From Antedon mediterranea (Eukaryota; Animalia; Echinodermata), in contig NC_092678.1 of assembly GCF_964355755.1 (NCBI RefSeq), forward strand, positions 20,167,365 through 20,231,364: 64,000 nt of DNA. Direction: 5' to 3'. This document shows, one piece after another, positions 33,401 to 46,326 of this stretch. Under the pieces are notes generated by a model. That model searched no databases. It was not told the origin of the DNA and saw only the letters and a list, made by a program, of their open reading frames with translations. The translations under genes were made by a program, and so were the position numbers. The number at the start of each line of letters is the position of its first letter. Positions within the stretch are counted from its first letter, which is position 1.

Positions 33401-36400
33401 GCCGATGTACAATTTGTATCTTCACATTTGCGAAATAAACTTTTATTTATAAATACGTACGTACGCGCTGCTTGAGTGTGCAAGAAAAGAAAGAAAATAA
33501 ACACTTCACAACTTCCTATAAAGAAAAAAGTCACTATAATATCTATCAAAATGTTTAAAGACTTTTTTCTTTGTCAATTCTTTTTTTTTATCTACAGGCG
33601 AAAAGATCTGATAACTGCGTAGGTGTTCAATGCCTTCCTGGGGAGCAGTGCTGCACGGTTAGAGACGGTTGTGGTGGAAAGTTGTGTGTTGGGTGTGCAG
33701 GTAATGCTATTAAATAATATCCTGTGAATACAATCACTGATGGTAATCTGTAATTAATATAGCCTTCCCTCTGTAACCAAATCAAGAAATTATCGAAATC
33801 TATGCTGCCTCCTGAATCTGGTGTAATTCACGCTGACGAGTGTTTAATAATTATAACATTCTTATTGTAGGCAGATTGTTAAAAAGTAGAAACATTATTC
33901 ACGAGACAAATAATTATATTATGGCCATATATATGGTCGTGTCTAGCTTGATTGTTTCTAGCTTGGTTGTGCCTAGATTGGTTGTTTCTAGCTTGGTCGT
34001 GTCTAGCTGGGTTGTGCCTAGCTTGGTTGTGTTTAGCTTGGTTGTTTCTAGCTTGGTCCTGTCTAGCTTGGTCCTGTCTAGCTTGGTCGTGTCTAGCTTG
34101 GTCCTGTCTAGCTTGGTCGTGTCTAGCTTGGTCGTGTCTAGCTTGGTCGTGTCTAGCTTATAGTCGTGTCTAGCTTATAGTCGTGTCTAGCTTGGTCGTG
34201 TCTAGCTTGGTCGTGTCTAGCTTGGTCGTGTTTAGCTTGGTCGTGTCTAGCTTGGTTGTGTCTAGCTTGGTCGTGTCTAGCTTGGTCGTGTCTAGCTTGA
34301 TCGTGTTTAGCTAGATTGTGTCTAGCTTGTTGCATTAACACATCTAATCAAATTCAACTCAACAGATAAAGAGTTCTCTTCTGGTGAAGTTGGAGTATTT
34401 TGCAGAAATTGTACCAAATGTCAAGATAATGGCATGGTCCAAGTTGAGGAGTGTACGCCCGGAAAAGACGCAGTTTGTGAATCATGTCCACATGGCGAAT
34501 ATATTACTAATGATGACACGTGCCAACCATGTGGTGACATCTGTGAAGGAAAGGAGTGTACAAATTGTAACATAACTCCAACACCAACCCCTTCGGAAAA
34601 GTCCACACCTGGTAAGTTTCAAATTGATAAATTGTCAAGTTGGTAACCAAAATAGTATTTCCCAAGAACGTTTAAACATTTTTTATTTCTTATTCAATCA
34701 TTATATATTATCATTGTATACCTTTTGTTTTATTTCTCCTCTGTATGTTTTCTTTTACAGCTGGTATCACTGGACTATCAACAGCAAGTCAAACGTCAAT
34801 GATAACATTCACATCTCTACCAAACATCGATAAACAAGGTTCATCATGGAAGAGTATATACCTTCTGCCGATAATTGGCGCTCCAGGTAAGGCAAACCTT
34901 TTAACAAATTAGTTCTCTGTCGACTTTTTGGCCATAAAAGTTCAAGTTCAAAATCGTTTATTGCAATCAATTAATTGTAACTGGATATTCATTTTCGACA
35001 AGTTATTAAAAAGAGTAAAACATTAAGACAAACAAGTTACACCAAAACAGTTTTATATATTAATACATTTATGAGTCAATACACAGAAATCAATGAAATG
35101 TTTAAAACATTTGGTAAAAACATGAGTAAAAACATTTTATAAAATGTATACATTTTTGGCCAAACTATTGAGATAGAAGAAGCAAGCTTATATTATATAT
35201 TTGAGAGAAAGTGTGTTTAACAAAACATAATATATGTATATAATTTTTAGAAAGGTAGCCTAATTTATTTATATAACTATTTATATTTCAATGTTTAGGG
35301 GTTGAACTTGATTATATTAAGTTTTATTTATGTTGTAATTTTTACTTTATATGTATAGGTAAATAAATAAAGAAAGAAAAAGGTTTGAAATAAATTGTTC
35401 TACCATTGGTGGAAAATTCAAAAGTGATGAATGTTGTTGCTCTCTCAGTCCTAAGATTATACCAATGGATTGGACAGGAGCATGGTTAAGAGGTAGTTTA
35501 GTCCTAAAATACTTTTTACAGAGATATTTAATAGTAGGCCTTGTCGGTCTTTAAGCGAACGAAATCCAAGAAATAAGAAAGCCTCTTCCTGTGGCAATCC
35601 AGTTCAATATATTTGTTCCGCTTTATCATTCTGACTGGAATATAATATGTATGACCCAGCAATAAATTATAACCACTTCTTTTTTGTGTGTACAGTATTC
35701 AACTCTTGTTTGTTTGGTAAAATAATAGGCCTAACGGTATGCTCCAATTACCTATGGTACCGAGCACATGCTTTCTTTTGGCTTAGTTCTGTTTAGTTTA
35801 GTTAGTATTGCCTTGTTTTCTACTATATTCTGTTTTTAAATATTTTGTTTAGTTTTATTTTAATTCGTTTACTATTAGAAAATGGATGTCTTTTTCTTTT
35901 ACAAAAGGTGAACTTTCTACTTTACAATTTCCTACTTTACAATATTATTACAGATGCTTTATTTATTATGACTTCCAACTAATCCAGACAACTACATCAC
36001 CACAGGTCTAAACTAAGAACAATCAGTTGCTAAGTTGGGGTAGTAAAAAGTATATAATACGGCCTTACCATGTTGAAATACCGGTTCTCGTCAGATCACC
36101 GAAGTTAAGCAACGTTTAGAGCTTTGATGGGAAACCATCTGAAAATACCAGGTGATGTAAAGAGCTGGAGTCCCATTAGGCATTTGAAAATCGCTAACAG
36201 AATTTTTTTTAATGTATTGAATTTCGATTTATATTTACTGTATAGTGTTTGTCATCTTTGTTATTGGCTGTTTGAAAAAGATTTTGTGCTGTTGGACAAA
36301 GGAGTCTCATGACTTTTGGGCAGATCATTTTTCATGTTGCTGTAAAAAATGTAAGTTTCTTATTTTTATTTATTTTATTTATTTATTCATTTCCCAACCA

Positions 36401-39400
36401 ACAGTGAGCTCATGGTTCACCACTTACAGGAGGGAACACAGACAAACACGTACATATACAATAACAAACATTAAACTAAACTACTAACAATGTTACGAAA
36501 CTTACGGAAATTATTACTAAAAATATCTAACTCAGGGTTTCTTAAAGTAAAAGAATTGTAAGTTTGACTAATCTACTAATAAAACCATTTTTTAAAACAT
36601 TTACTCTACTAAAAGGAATATGAAAAGTAGTATTTCTTCTAAGACGACGACTAGGGACTCTAAGATAAAAATTTAAAACAAAAATTGTTTATAAAATATG
36701 ATATTATATTTCGATTTATTACCAGGTATCTTTTTATTCTGAAGGATTTCAGTGATATGTATCATCATCTAGATTATACCATCTTCCCGTTTGTCGACAA
36801 ATACATATTCACAATCGTTGCTGCAATAAACATCTTTGAGAACATCAATTCAAAATCATTGAAAAAACAATTTATACTTTCATCTGTAGTTAGTGTCCTA
36901 ATACATTTTCCAGTGTGTTTTAATAGAACCAAAAATTTGTATAATAATTATCAATATTTTGACTTTAATAAAAGACCTGCTAACTCAATGTATAGCAATC
37001 TATCATGTAAACATGAAACAATTACAATTGTAGATATCATTTAATAATACCATTATCCGTTTATTTAAGTTTAACAAACCATTTTAACTTAACATAAACT
37101 GACCATGGCATTTCCTTTTTTTATATTATGAATATTTTGAAGTGTTTACACATTTCAAATATTGATCATTTCTTTTACAGGTTGTTGCATATTTATACAT
37201 GCACATGACACATCAACGAATAATAATTGTTGTTTTTTTTTTTTTTTTTAAGTAAATTTGTAAAAAGTGGATGTATTATTCCAATTTTTTATTTAATTAT
37301 TACATTTTAATCGAATTCTATTACATTTAGCAAATGGTGATTCTGAACAACAGTCTTTTGTTAATCCTAATGTCAGTTCCAAAAAGCAGGATGATGAGAA
37401 AACAGTGAATTTAGCTGTAAAACAGAAGTCCACAGAAGATCCTATCGGCTGTTCTGATGATCTTATTGTCTCCTATAAACGTAATATAATTTTATAATTT
37501 GAATACTGAATTCATATTAATCAGTTTTCCATTTAAATAGCTATAAATTTACATTAAATCTAACATTTTAATATTTACCCAACTTAGTATTTTATTATTA
37601 TCATTTTAGGTGAAGTTGAAAGAACCCAAATGGGTCACAATCCATCCAGCACAGGTAAAACTGTTTGATTTTTTTGATAAAGTCAAAAAGGTTTAATATA
37701 CCTATATATTTTTAAGTTGATTATTTAAATCAAAATGATTTTTTTTTCAATCAGATCAATTTGGTAAAGATGAATATGACATGCCTGCAAGAAGTAGGTT
37801 GATATTATCAATTTTTTTAAATAGTTTTTAATATTTCTTGTTTTATTTTTAAAAAAAACGAAATAACAAACCTTGATCACAAGAAAAGAAAGGTGTCCTT
37901 ATTTCCACGATGACTACATAAACTGAACAATTGCACAACAAATAAAAAATAAAAATAAAAGCCAAATAAGTTATTTCTTTAAGAATTAAAAAAAAATCAG
38001 TATTTCAGTTACAATTCATTCATTTTAAACTAAATAAAAAATAAATATCAAGATTATTCGTTTTTGAGAATAAGTTGATTTTTTTAATAAAATGTTTATT
38101 ACTGTTTTAGGAACTGAGATTCCTGAGCAAAATGTACTTATGAATCCTAATGGAATCCAACCAACTAATGAAAGTTCAAGTAAGGGTGTAAAAAAGGTTA
38201 TGAGAGGGCGTTCCTCCACCTCCAGCCTTCCTGATGTTTCTGAAGGCACTCCACTATCATGTGATCTTCCTGAATGGTGCAAACGTAAGAATTCAAACAT
38301 TAACAAAATTAAATATCTGTGGATATTTGGACATGATGGTATTTAAGTGTGTGGTTTTTATTATCGACGACTAAACTATGTCATGTTAATTCGTTGTGCG
38401 CATGCGGAAATGTGTCGATGGTCAGTTTAATGGTTTCTGGTTCATTCGACGACCAACGACTTGACTTGACTATAATCTTTTTGTTTGTTGCGTTTGTTAG
38501 TGGAATAATAATATGGTATTTCAAATGGCAAATATATATTTAACATAATTTGTTTTAAAGATTTGGCCACACTCGATCCTCAGTCGTCGCAAATCAAAAA
38601 CTCACTAATTGTGTATACGTTTTCATTTAGTTTACTTTCATATGTTTTTGTAGATGATATTACAATGGTTGGATGTGAAGATATATCAGACATCTCACGA
38701 CACATTGGGAAAGAAGTAACACGGATTGGTGGTATTCTCGGATTAACAACAGGTGAAGTGGAAACCATTAAGCATGACCACAAGTTCGATATATCGAGAC
38801 AGAATTTAGTGGTTTTACAGGAGTGGAAGAGAATGAAAGGTGTACATGCTACGAAAGGTGTTCTTGCACGTGCTCTTGAGAGTATTGGAAAAACAGAAAT
38901 TGCGATAAAATATTTATGGCCGGAGCAAGAATGGGATCAAGGTAGTTTAGTTTTAATGTTCTAAAACAGAGAACATTTTTACACAACAAAAAAGAAATAT
39001 TACGTTGGCAAGCACGTTGGTCAATTTATTCTTGAGACTATCCGAACAAGGCGTAATTTTCTATTTACTGTGAAAAAAAAAATGAGTTTTCCCGCCTCCA
39101 TCTCATGTGTTCCTCCTACTACGATACACAAAGCGGGGTTTTGGGGAACCATGCACTGGTACTGGTACTGGTTCAAATAACCGTCTCACAGAGACATCTG
39201 GTAGCCATTGACTTGAAGTTGGCATTTGGATGTGTTACTTTTAAATGTAGGCCTACAGTATGAGAGTGACTACTACCAAATTACACAGTCACAAAACAAC
39301 TTATAAAACAGTTCATATAACAGTTAAAACATGGCTGGGAATTATAAATTTCTGTTGAAGCAGGCTCTAATGAAGTTGTATCTAGTAAGTTGACTTTGTT

Positions 39401-42287
39401 TACAACTCTATCAAGTACTGATGGTATCTTCCGACCTCTTCGTTTACTTTGCCCTTCTGTAAAATTTCGACTACAAGAAATTTTCTAGCACATCTAACAC
39501 ATCAGCAGTAAAATATACACACACAAAAACAACAAAACATATCTTGATCACAAGGAAAATTTCCACAAACAATTGTATAAAACAATAGTTATTCTAAATG
39601 CCATAGAAATTACATATTAAATTATTTCCTTTAAAATAAAAAAAAACATATTTAGGCCTATAGTTACTTTATTCAAAATAAACTAAAAATTAATAATAAT
39701 AATACCAATAATACTAATAACAATAACAATAATATTAATATTATTATTAATATTAATAATAATAATAATATACATCTGAATTATACTATGTGTAGTAAAC
39801 GTTTATCTCAGTTGATGAGAACAAAACCTGATAAAATTTAATATGAATTTTAAATATTAAAATTGTATTACTGTTATTTTAGGGACTGAGATTCTTGATC
39901 CAACACAGCTTATGAATACTAATGGAAGTTCCATACACCAAACTAATGGAAGTTCAAGTAAGGGTGTGAAAAAGGTTAGGAGACGGCGTTCCTCCACCTC
40001 CAGCCTTCCTGATGTTTCTGAAGACGCTCCACTATCAGGTGATCTGCCTGAATGGTGCAAACGTAAGAATTCAAACATTTAAACAATTTAATATCTGGAT
40101 ATTTGGACATGATGGTATTTATAAGAATGATAGTGTGGTTTTGACTTTCGACTACCGAAGACCAAACTATGTCATGTTAGTTCATTTTGCGCCTGTTGAA
40201 ATATTGGGACGTGTCGAGTGTCAATAGTTGGTTTGATAGTTTCTAGGTCCAATCGACGACCGACGACACGATTGACCTATAAGTCGCTAGTCCTCGGTCG
40301 TCGCAAATAAACGGCTTAATTCACTTGTGTATAAAGATTGTTTTCATTTAGTTTACTTTCATATGTTTTTGTAGATGATAATACAATGGTTAAATGTGAA
40401 GATATATCAGACATCTCACGACACATTGGGAAAGAAGTAACACGGATTGGTGTTATTCTCGGATTAACAACAGGTGAAGTGGAAACCATTGAGCATGACC
40501 ACAAGTTCGATATATCGAGACAGAATTTAGTAGTTTTACAGGAGTGGAAGAGAATGAAAGGTGTACATGCTACGAAAGGTGTTCTTGCACATGCTCTTTA
40601 TAAAATTGGAAGAGGAGAACTTGCAAAGAAGTATTTATGGCCTGAGCAAGAATGGGATCAAGGTAGTTTAGTTTTAATGTTAATGTTCTGAAACAGAGAA
40701 CATTTTTACACAACAAAAAAGAAACCATTGTTTTGTCAGCGAATTCTGGTGGTATTACTTTGACAAGCACGTTGGTCACTTTACACTTAGCCTAACATTA
40801 TCCAAACAAGGCGTAATTTTCTATTTGCTGTGAAAAAAAAAAGTGTTTTCCCGCCTCCATCTCATGTGTTCCTCACAAAGCGGGGTTTTGGGAACCCAAC
40901 CCTTCTACCCATGGTTGTGTTTTAGCTCAAGTTATCTGGGTTATTGGTTATGTTCATATGTTATATGATTTACGTACAGTATAACTTCAATATAGAAAAA
41001 AATTATTTTTAATATAGTTACTTCAGGGAAGATTAAACATATTAATTAAACTTACTCCTCCTTAGTTTATTCTGCCACTATGGCATACTTTGTGTCTCTG
41101 CCTTCTTTATAAATGTCTGCTAGTCCGCATCACCGACGCCGTATCGTTGTTCAACACGGCAATTTGTTTTCCATCATTTTGAATTCTTTTTTTATATTTT
41201 ATTTAGGGATACTAATAACCACTACATTTTGGGGAACAAGAAAAAGTCAGGAGTTGGAAATCAATGATTCTGGTTAGTACTTGAGGCTGATGCAAGCTTT
41301 TCAAATAATTAAATTGATATTAAAAACGTTTTTTTTATTCATTATTTTATTTTTACGCCTAATGATTTATTTCCTGACTGCAAAAAGGGACTTATGATCT
41401 TAAGTATCACTGATATTAAGGGAATACTTTGGGCTTTCCTGTATATAAAGGAGAAGCAGTGCATGTTGTAATACTATAGGGATACCCTATAATTGCACAC
41501 TTTATTGAGTAATCAATTATTTTATTTTATAGGTTATTTTCGTAATAAAGACTGGACAGTGCAAAGAACATGGCAAGGGATCTGGAATATTATGTTAGAA
41601 AACAACTTTGGAAGTTTCAGACAACTAAAATTAGCTTGCGGCACTGTAGAGTTACAACAGCCTCACCTTAAATGTATACAACGATGTCCACTTTTTCAGA
41701 CGTCAATTCATGGTTTGGATCGAAATGCGTTAGGCCTATCCCCGATTTATTATTCATCATTCAAATATCTATTTCCCGTTAGTGTTTCACATGGGGTAAA
41801 CTGTTTATTCTCTGCTGCATCTGTTATCTACTATGGTTCAGAAGATAATTTTCTTGAGTTAAAAATACGAACAGTCGTTGAGTTAGCTTATCATAAAGAT
41901 TACTATTTGAATCAAGAAACACTTATCAATTGTATGGAGGCTGAGTATGCACTGACCAAGTTAGAAGAGAAAGATACATCCTTCAAATCTACAGATATAG
42001 AAGCACGCTTTGAAAATTTAGTCAGAAAAACATTAATTAAACAAAATGTTTTTAGCCTACAGGGAAACTCCATGCATTTGTTCGGCTTAGCGTCAGTTTT
42101 TAACTGTAACATTCAGTCCGTTTACCCTACGATTGGTGCTTCGCAACCAAGTCCTTTAAATGTACTTATCACTCCTCGTAAGAAGATAGAAAATCCAGCA
42201 ACAGTTTTCATTATGTGGTCTAGGCACACACCAAAAGCAGAATATGAACATTTTATTCCTAACCACTTTGTGCCTCTTTTTCCCTGA
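30457..42287 (+). CDS. TNF-receptor-like death receptor, gene 2, with two death domains and a C-terminal vertnin-like OTU domain (~884 aa). Exons 30457-30546, 33598-33700, 34366-34611, 34761-34886, 36246-36350, 37331-37480, 37610-37654, 37755-37793, 38111-38284, 38654-38941, 39883-40062, 40375-40662, 41207-41272, 41533-42287
   Basis: All introns GT-AG, phases 0 then 1 throughout, no internal stop; signal peptide, TNFR Cys repeats, TM IYLLPIIGAPVFVIFVIGCL, two death domains, OTU motifs. Read-through stops at 38964 and 40691 give shorter forms. Confidence 0.78.
31729..32494 (+). mobile_element. DINE-1/HINE-like element in gene 2 intron 1
   Basis: Full structure; inserted in a T-run; empty sites in paralogous sequence at ~45335 and ~48160. 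Confidence 0.8.
33935..34330. repeat. 15-bp minisatellite (TCTAGCTTGGTCGTG)n in gene 2 intron 2
   Basis: ~26 units; degenerate relative at 45070-45170. Confidence 0.92.
36058..36162 (+). pseudogene. 5S rRNA-derived relic (pseudogene or SINE3 head)
   Basis: TACGGCCTTACCATGTTGAAA..CCGGTTCTCGTCAGATCACCGAAGTTAAGCAACG..GATGGG..AATACCAGGTG.TGTA matches the 5S consensus with deletions; absent from the gene 3 intron. Confidence 0.8.
36360..36670 (-). mobile_element. LINE 3' fragment inserted 10 bp into gene 2 intron 5
   Basis: (TAAA)n tail and RT C-terminal relic; absent at the gene 3 site ~57492. Confidence 0.6.
41533..42287 (+). CDS. Vertnin-like OTU cysteine-protease domain exon
   Basis: HGVNCLFSAASV..GSE..LELKIRTVVEL..YYL; HLFGLASV..IQSVYP..N..PR..IMWS..F.PNHFVPL match VRTN-family OTU motifs as I recall them; strong acceptor TTTTATAG. 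Confidence 0.8.
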
Positions 42288-42853
42288 AACAACAATATAC
42301 ATTTCAGATTAGGAAGTCTAAAATCGTAAAACCGTAAATTCTTTTTTTTTCTGGCATTCCAGTTTAAAATATGTTATTTCAAAATTGATTGTGATTTTCG
42401 ATTTGTTGTAATGGTTGAGACTTTTACGCCTTATAATTAGTTAAATAAGCTTATATACTTTTCGATTTCTTTACAACCCATATTACTATTACTAGCCAAG
42501 CATTATATTGTTATTCTATAGTTTAAGTTTTATTATTTACTTTATTTATTTTTCTCTCAGCATTTTAATGATCGGAATTGTACTGTGAAGATTTAAAACT
42601 TTAGGGCGTATATACTTGCTAGTCATCAATGTTTTAAATACTAGAGTGCTAAGTGAACTGTATTTATGTGCAGTTTTCTTAGAATAATATAAAATGAGGC
42701 CTAATCCTTTTAATGTAATATCGTATAACAACAACTTCTTATTACACAATAACAAATACTGTTATGTACAGATGGGTTTCATTTACGTTTGACTTTCACT
42801 TACTTTTTTTGTAAATAAAAAGATTTATTTTTTAGATTGTTTAGTATTATTAA

Positions 42854-43479
42854 AGACCCCTTCCCTGCAATTTTGGACGTTTTTTGGAAAATAATACATA
42901 TATATCATTTTAAAAACATTAAACCATGTCATTCCTTGTCTTAAATGTACGTTTTATGGTAAATTATGATAAAAAGTGAGAAACAATGCACTACCTAAGT
43001 AGCTCGCGGCGATCGACCTCTCGTGGACGGTCTCAGGCCTAGCCTAGCTAGGCTTAGTTTTGTAGGCCTAGCTGGTAAACATCGGTAACGTACGAACATC
43101 GTACGCTAGCTATATACCTAGCCTGACGTTGTATAGTTGCTACATTAATTGTCTTTCTATTTTTGCCAGACTGCGTTGATACAAATTGGGGAAAACCCGG
43201 TATTTTCGCTGAAAAGTTAGGAGTCTTCCATTTGTTTTGGCTTCACGATCGATCGAAAAGTGGGCGAATTACAGGTGAAAAACAACAATATCAATCCGCG
43301 CGCAATGCATTTTGGGATTTATAGCGGGCCGCTATAATTATTAAAATCGATTTATTTTTCACATTTTTAACCGTTTAAAGACGAAAAAAGTTATCGCAAT
43401 AGGACCATATAGTATTATTTTTACATTAAATATAGTTTGTGATCTTAAATTAGATCTAAAAAACGTAGGGAATGGGGCT
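42854..43479. mobile_element. Kolobok-type MITE
   Basis: TTAA flanks; imperfect TIR AGACCCCTTCCCTGC / GTAGGGAATGGGGCT. Confidence 0.6.
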
Positions 43480-44319
43480 TTAATTAATTCATATATCTGG
43501 TCCTATACTAATATCGCAAACACTTTTTGGAAGCGTATTGGTACCACTCCCTAAGGCTAAATTTATTTGAATTTCCCGCTCATAATCTCAAAAATTATAT
43601 CTCGGAAGTATGAATTGATTTCCCCGACTGAAAAGGGTCTTCGCTTCCGGACGAACCCCAAATAAAGGTTAAACGGACTACTTTTTTAAGCCTCTAGGCC
43701 TGATGTTTCCAAAGTATAAGACAATTTTTGGAAACCTGCAGCTCTAGTTCTAAAAATGTTCTTAGCTCAGCCCCAACCATAAAGCTGGTCATATTTCGAA
43801 GTAAAATAAGTGCATTTTCTGGGACCTAACAGCTTTATTTTTCAAAAATGTCTTAGCTCAGTCACATGTATAATTGCAACTTCCGGAGACCTAGCAGCTC
43901 TATTTTTCACAATTTTCTTACAGATCACTCAAGGCACGCATTTACAAGTTTTGCACCCCCAGACAGCAACCAGCCTACGCGTCTGCGATAAACAATATGC
44001 CTACCTCTTGGCTTGTGAGTACGTTTTACGTTCGCGTATGTATATAAATATATAGGCATATTTTTAACTTTTATTTTTTTTAATGAAAAATATGAATTGA
44101 AACAGTCATCGCGCATAGTTTTTTTTTTTTGCATTATAAAAAATGGAAAACGTTGTTTCCGCTCGCATAGCTCCCTCGTTGGGGAATGTAGCCCCCTCGT
44201 CGGGGAATGTATCCCCCACGTCGGAGAGATCCAGGCGCCACCACTGGCCTACTGATGACCCCAGCAAATCACTGAGCCTCCAACCCCTCTATCCTCCGCA
44301 CTCAGTACAATTGCGGTCA

Positions 44320-45180
44320 TACAATCACGCGCTACTTGATCCTGCCCAAGAGTGGGTGGGCAAGGAGAAAATGAAGGCAAAAAAACACTTCACAACTTTT
44401 TAGAAAGAAAAAAGTCACTATTATCTATTTAAATGTTCATGTTTAATGACTTTTTTTCTTTATCTTTTTTTATGTATAGGCGAAAAGATATCTGAGAGAG
44501 TGTAGAATGCCTTCAGAGGCGGCTGTGGAAAGGTGTGTGCCGGGTGTGCAGGTAATGCTATTAATAAAGAATATCCTGTGAATACAATACATTAATTGTA
44601 ATATACGGGTGGTAGTCTGTAATTAATAGGCCTACAGCCTTTCCTCAGTCAACAAATCGAGAAATTTTCGAAATCTAGGCTGCCTCCTGAATCTGGTGTA
44701 ATTCACGCTGGCTGGTGTTTAATAATTATAACATTCTCATTGTAGGCAGATTGTCATTTCCACTTGCTTAAAAAATGCAAAGGTTATTCACGAGACAAAA
44801 ATATTATGGCCATAATGTACAACTTGTAAAACCTGGCCTCTGACAGGATTTTGAACTAGGATCGATAGCCAAACATAATATACAAGAATCTGTAGTAACC
44901 CGGTAGCGTTTGTAAATCATCAATAAAAAACTATTTTAAAAGGCCCCTACATTCATGACGCTCATCATGCGGTTATATTGATTGCTGTTACAACGATTCA
45001 TTTGATAATAAAGATAGACATGTTAAACATTGAGCTACACTAAGTTGGCTAGGGTGCATGTTTTTTCTCTTTCTAGCATGTTGAGGTCTAGCCTGATTGT
45101 GCCTAGCATGAGTGTGTCTAGCTTGGCTGTGTTTAGTTTGGTTGTGTTTAGTTCGGTTGTGCCTAGCTTTTTTGTGTCAT
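44320..45180 (+). pseudogene. Orphan fragment of a fourth receptor copy (degenerate exon 2 at 44480-44551 with flanking intron)
   Basis: AG|GCGAAAAGA..GGGTGTGCAG|GTAATG homologous to 33598-33700 but deleted and frameshifted; intron homology on both sides. Confidence 0.8.
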
Positions 45181-46195
45181 AACATTGTGTTATAAAATGC
45201 AACTTCGATGTAATATGTCCTAGTAAATGTCACGACAGCTGAATACTGTAGATCTGTTATAATTGCTATCGTGTGTTGAAAGTTTACATAGCTATCTGTT
45301 CCTGCTCGTTATTTTTTTTAAAACGTACTACTCTATTTGAACTACACTTTTACCTGCCTGAATTAATAATTGATTTAACAAGATTTTTAAGTCTAGTATT
45401 TATTTATTTACCAGATGTCTAGAGCGCCCTTTTCATGAATACTGATGCTCAAAGGCGCTTCACATCATAAATATGACCAAACAAATTGTAGTAGAAAAAT
45501 ACAAGATTACAAAAAACAACTCTGTCTTCAATTATAACTGCATTTCATTAATACAAATCTATTATTTCATTTGTATCGTAAAATAAGGTCATGACATAAA
45601 TTCGTAAAATCCATGTATGGTTTTTAGAATTCGGAAGTAATCCACTACAAATGACACACAGTTTTTATGTTAAAAACGACTGAAAGGGAAGCCAACAACA
45701 GTACAAGGATCTCGTCACAGGATCCATTAAATCACCACAATAGTCGGTTATTTGTGGGCTAGAGCTTAATATGTGTGTTACTTTTTTTAAAGATTGAAAT
45801 TTAATCAAGTTCAACGTTTTTTATATTATATCGTTACATAATTATGTTATTGGTAAAAGGTCATAATAGATAAATTATAGTTATTTTTTAAAATATATAA
45901 CTAAACTATATAAATTAACTAATCTGAACTAATGTAACATAAATTCGATGTAATATGTCCTAGTAAATGTCACGACAGCCGAATACCAGTCGAATTATAC
46001 TGGCCAAGCTATATGAATAATCTTTGGTTCCCACTTTCGAACGCGACGTGAGTGAGTGGACCAATCACAAACGACAGTTTTGATGATCCGTCGCGTCGTC
46101 GCGATTAGTCACATTTCTTCCGGTGCACTTGCGTATATTACGCCCACGTTTTAGGGTAAAGTAAATTGCGGTCTGTGGATTTTTTTTTTTTTTGG

Positions 46196-46326
46196 CTAAG
46201 TCGCCATATATTGTGATCCGTATTTTTTTTGGCTAAGTCGCCTTAAATTGCGATCCGTAGTGGTTTTTTTTTCGTTAGTCGCCTTAAATTGCGATCCGTA
46301 GTTTTTTTTTTGTTGGTTAAGTCGCC
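46196..46326. repeat. ~35-40 bp tandem repeat (TAAGTCGCCTTAAATTGCGATCCGTA-Tn) x4
   Basis: Direct inspection. Confidence 0.7.

Noticed and set aside
33840-34341. ORFs with (SSLVV)n, (CLAWS)n, (ARHDQ)n
   Set aside because: Translations of the intronic 15-bp minisatellite
41493-41532. TTG start making the OTU ORF a stand-alone gene
   Set aside because: Non-ATG start inside a pyrimidine-rich acceptor region; better explained as a spliced exon, although an internal ATG cannot be excluded
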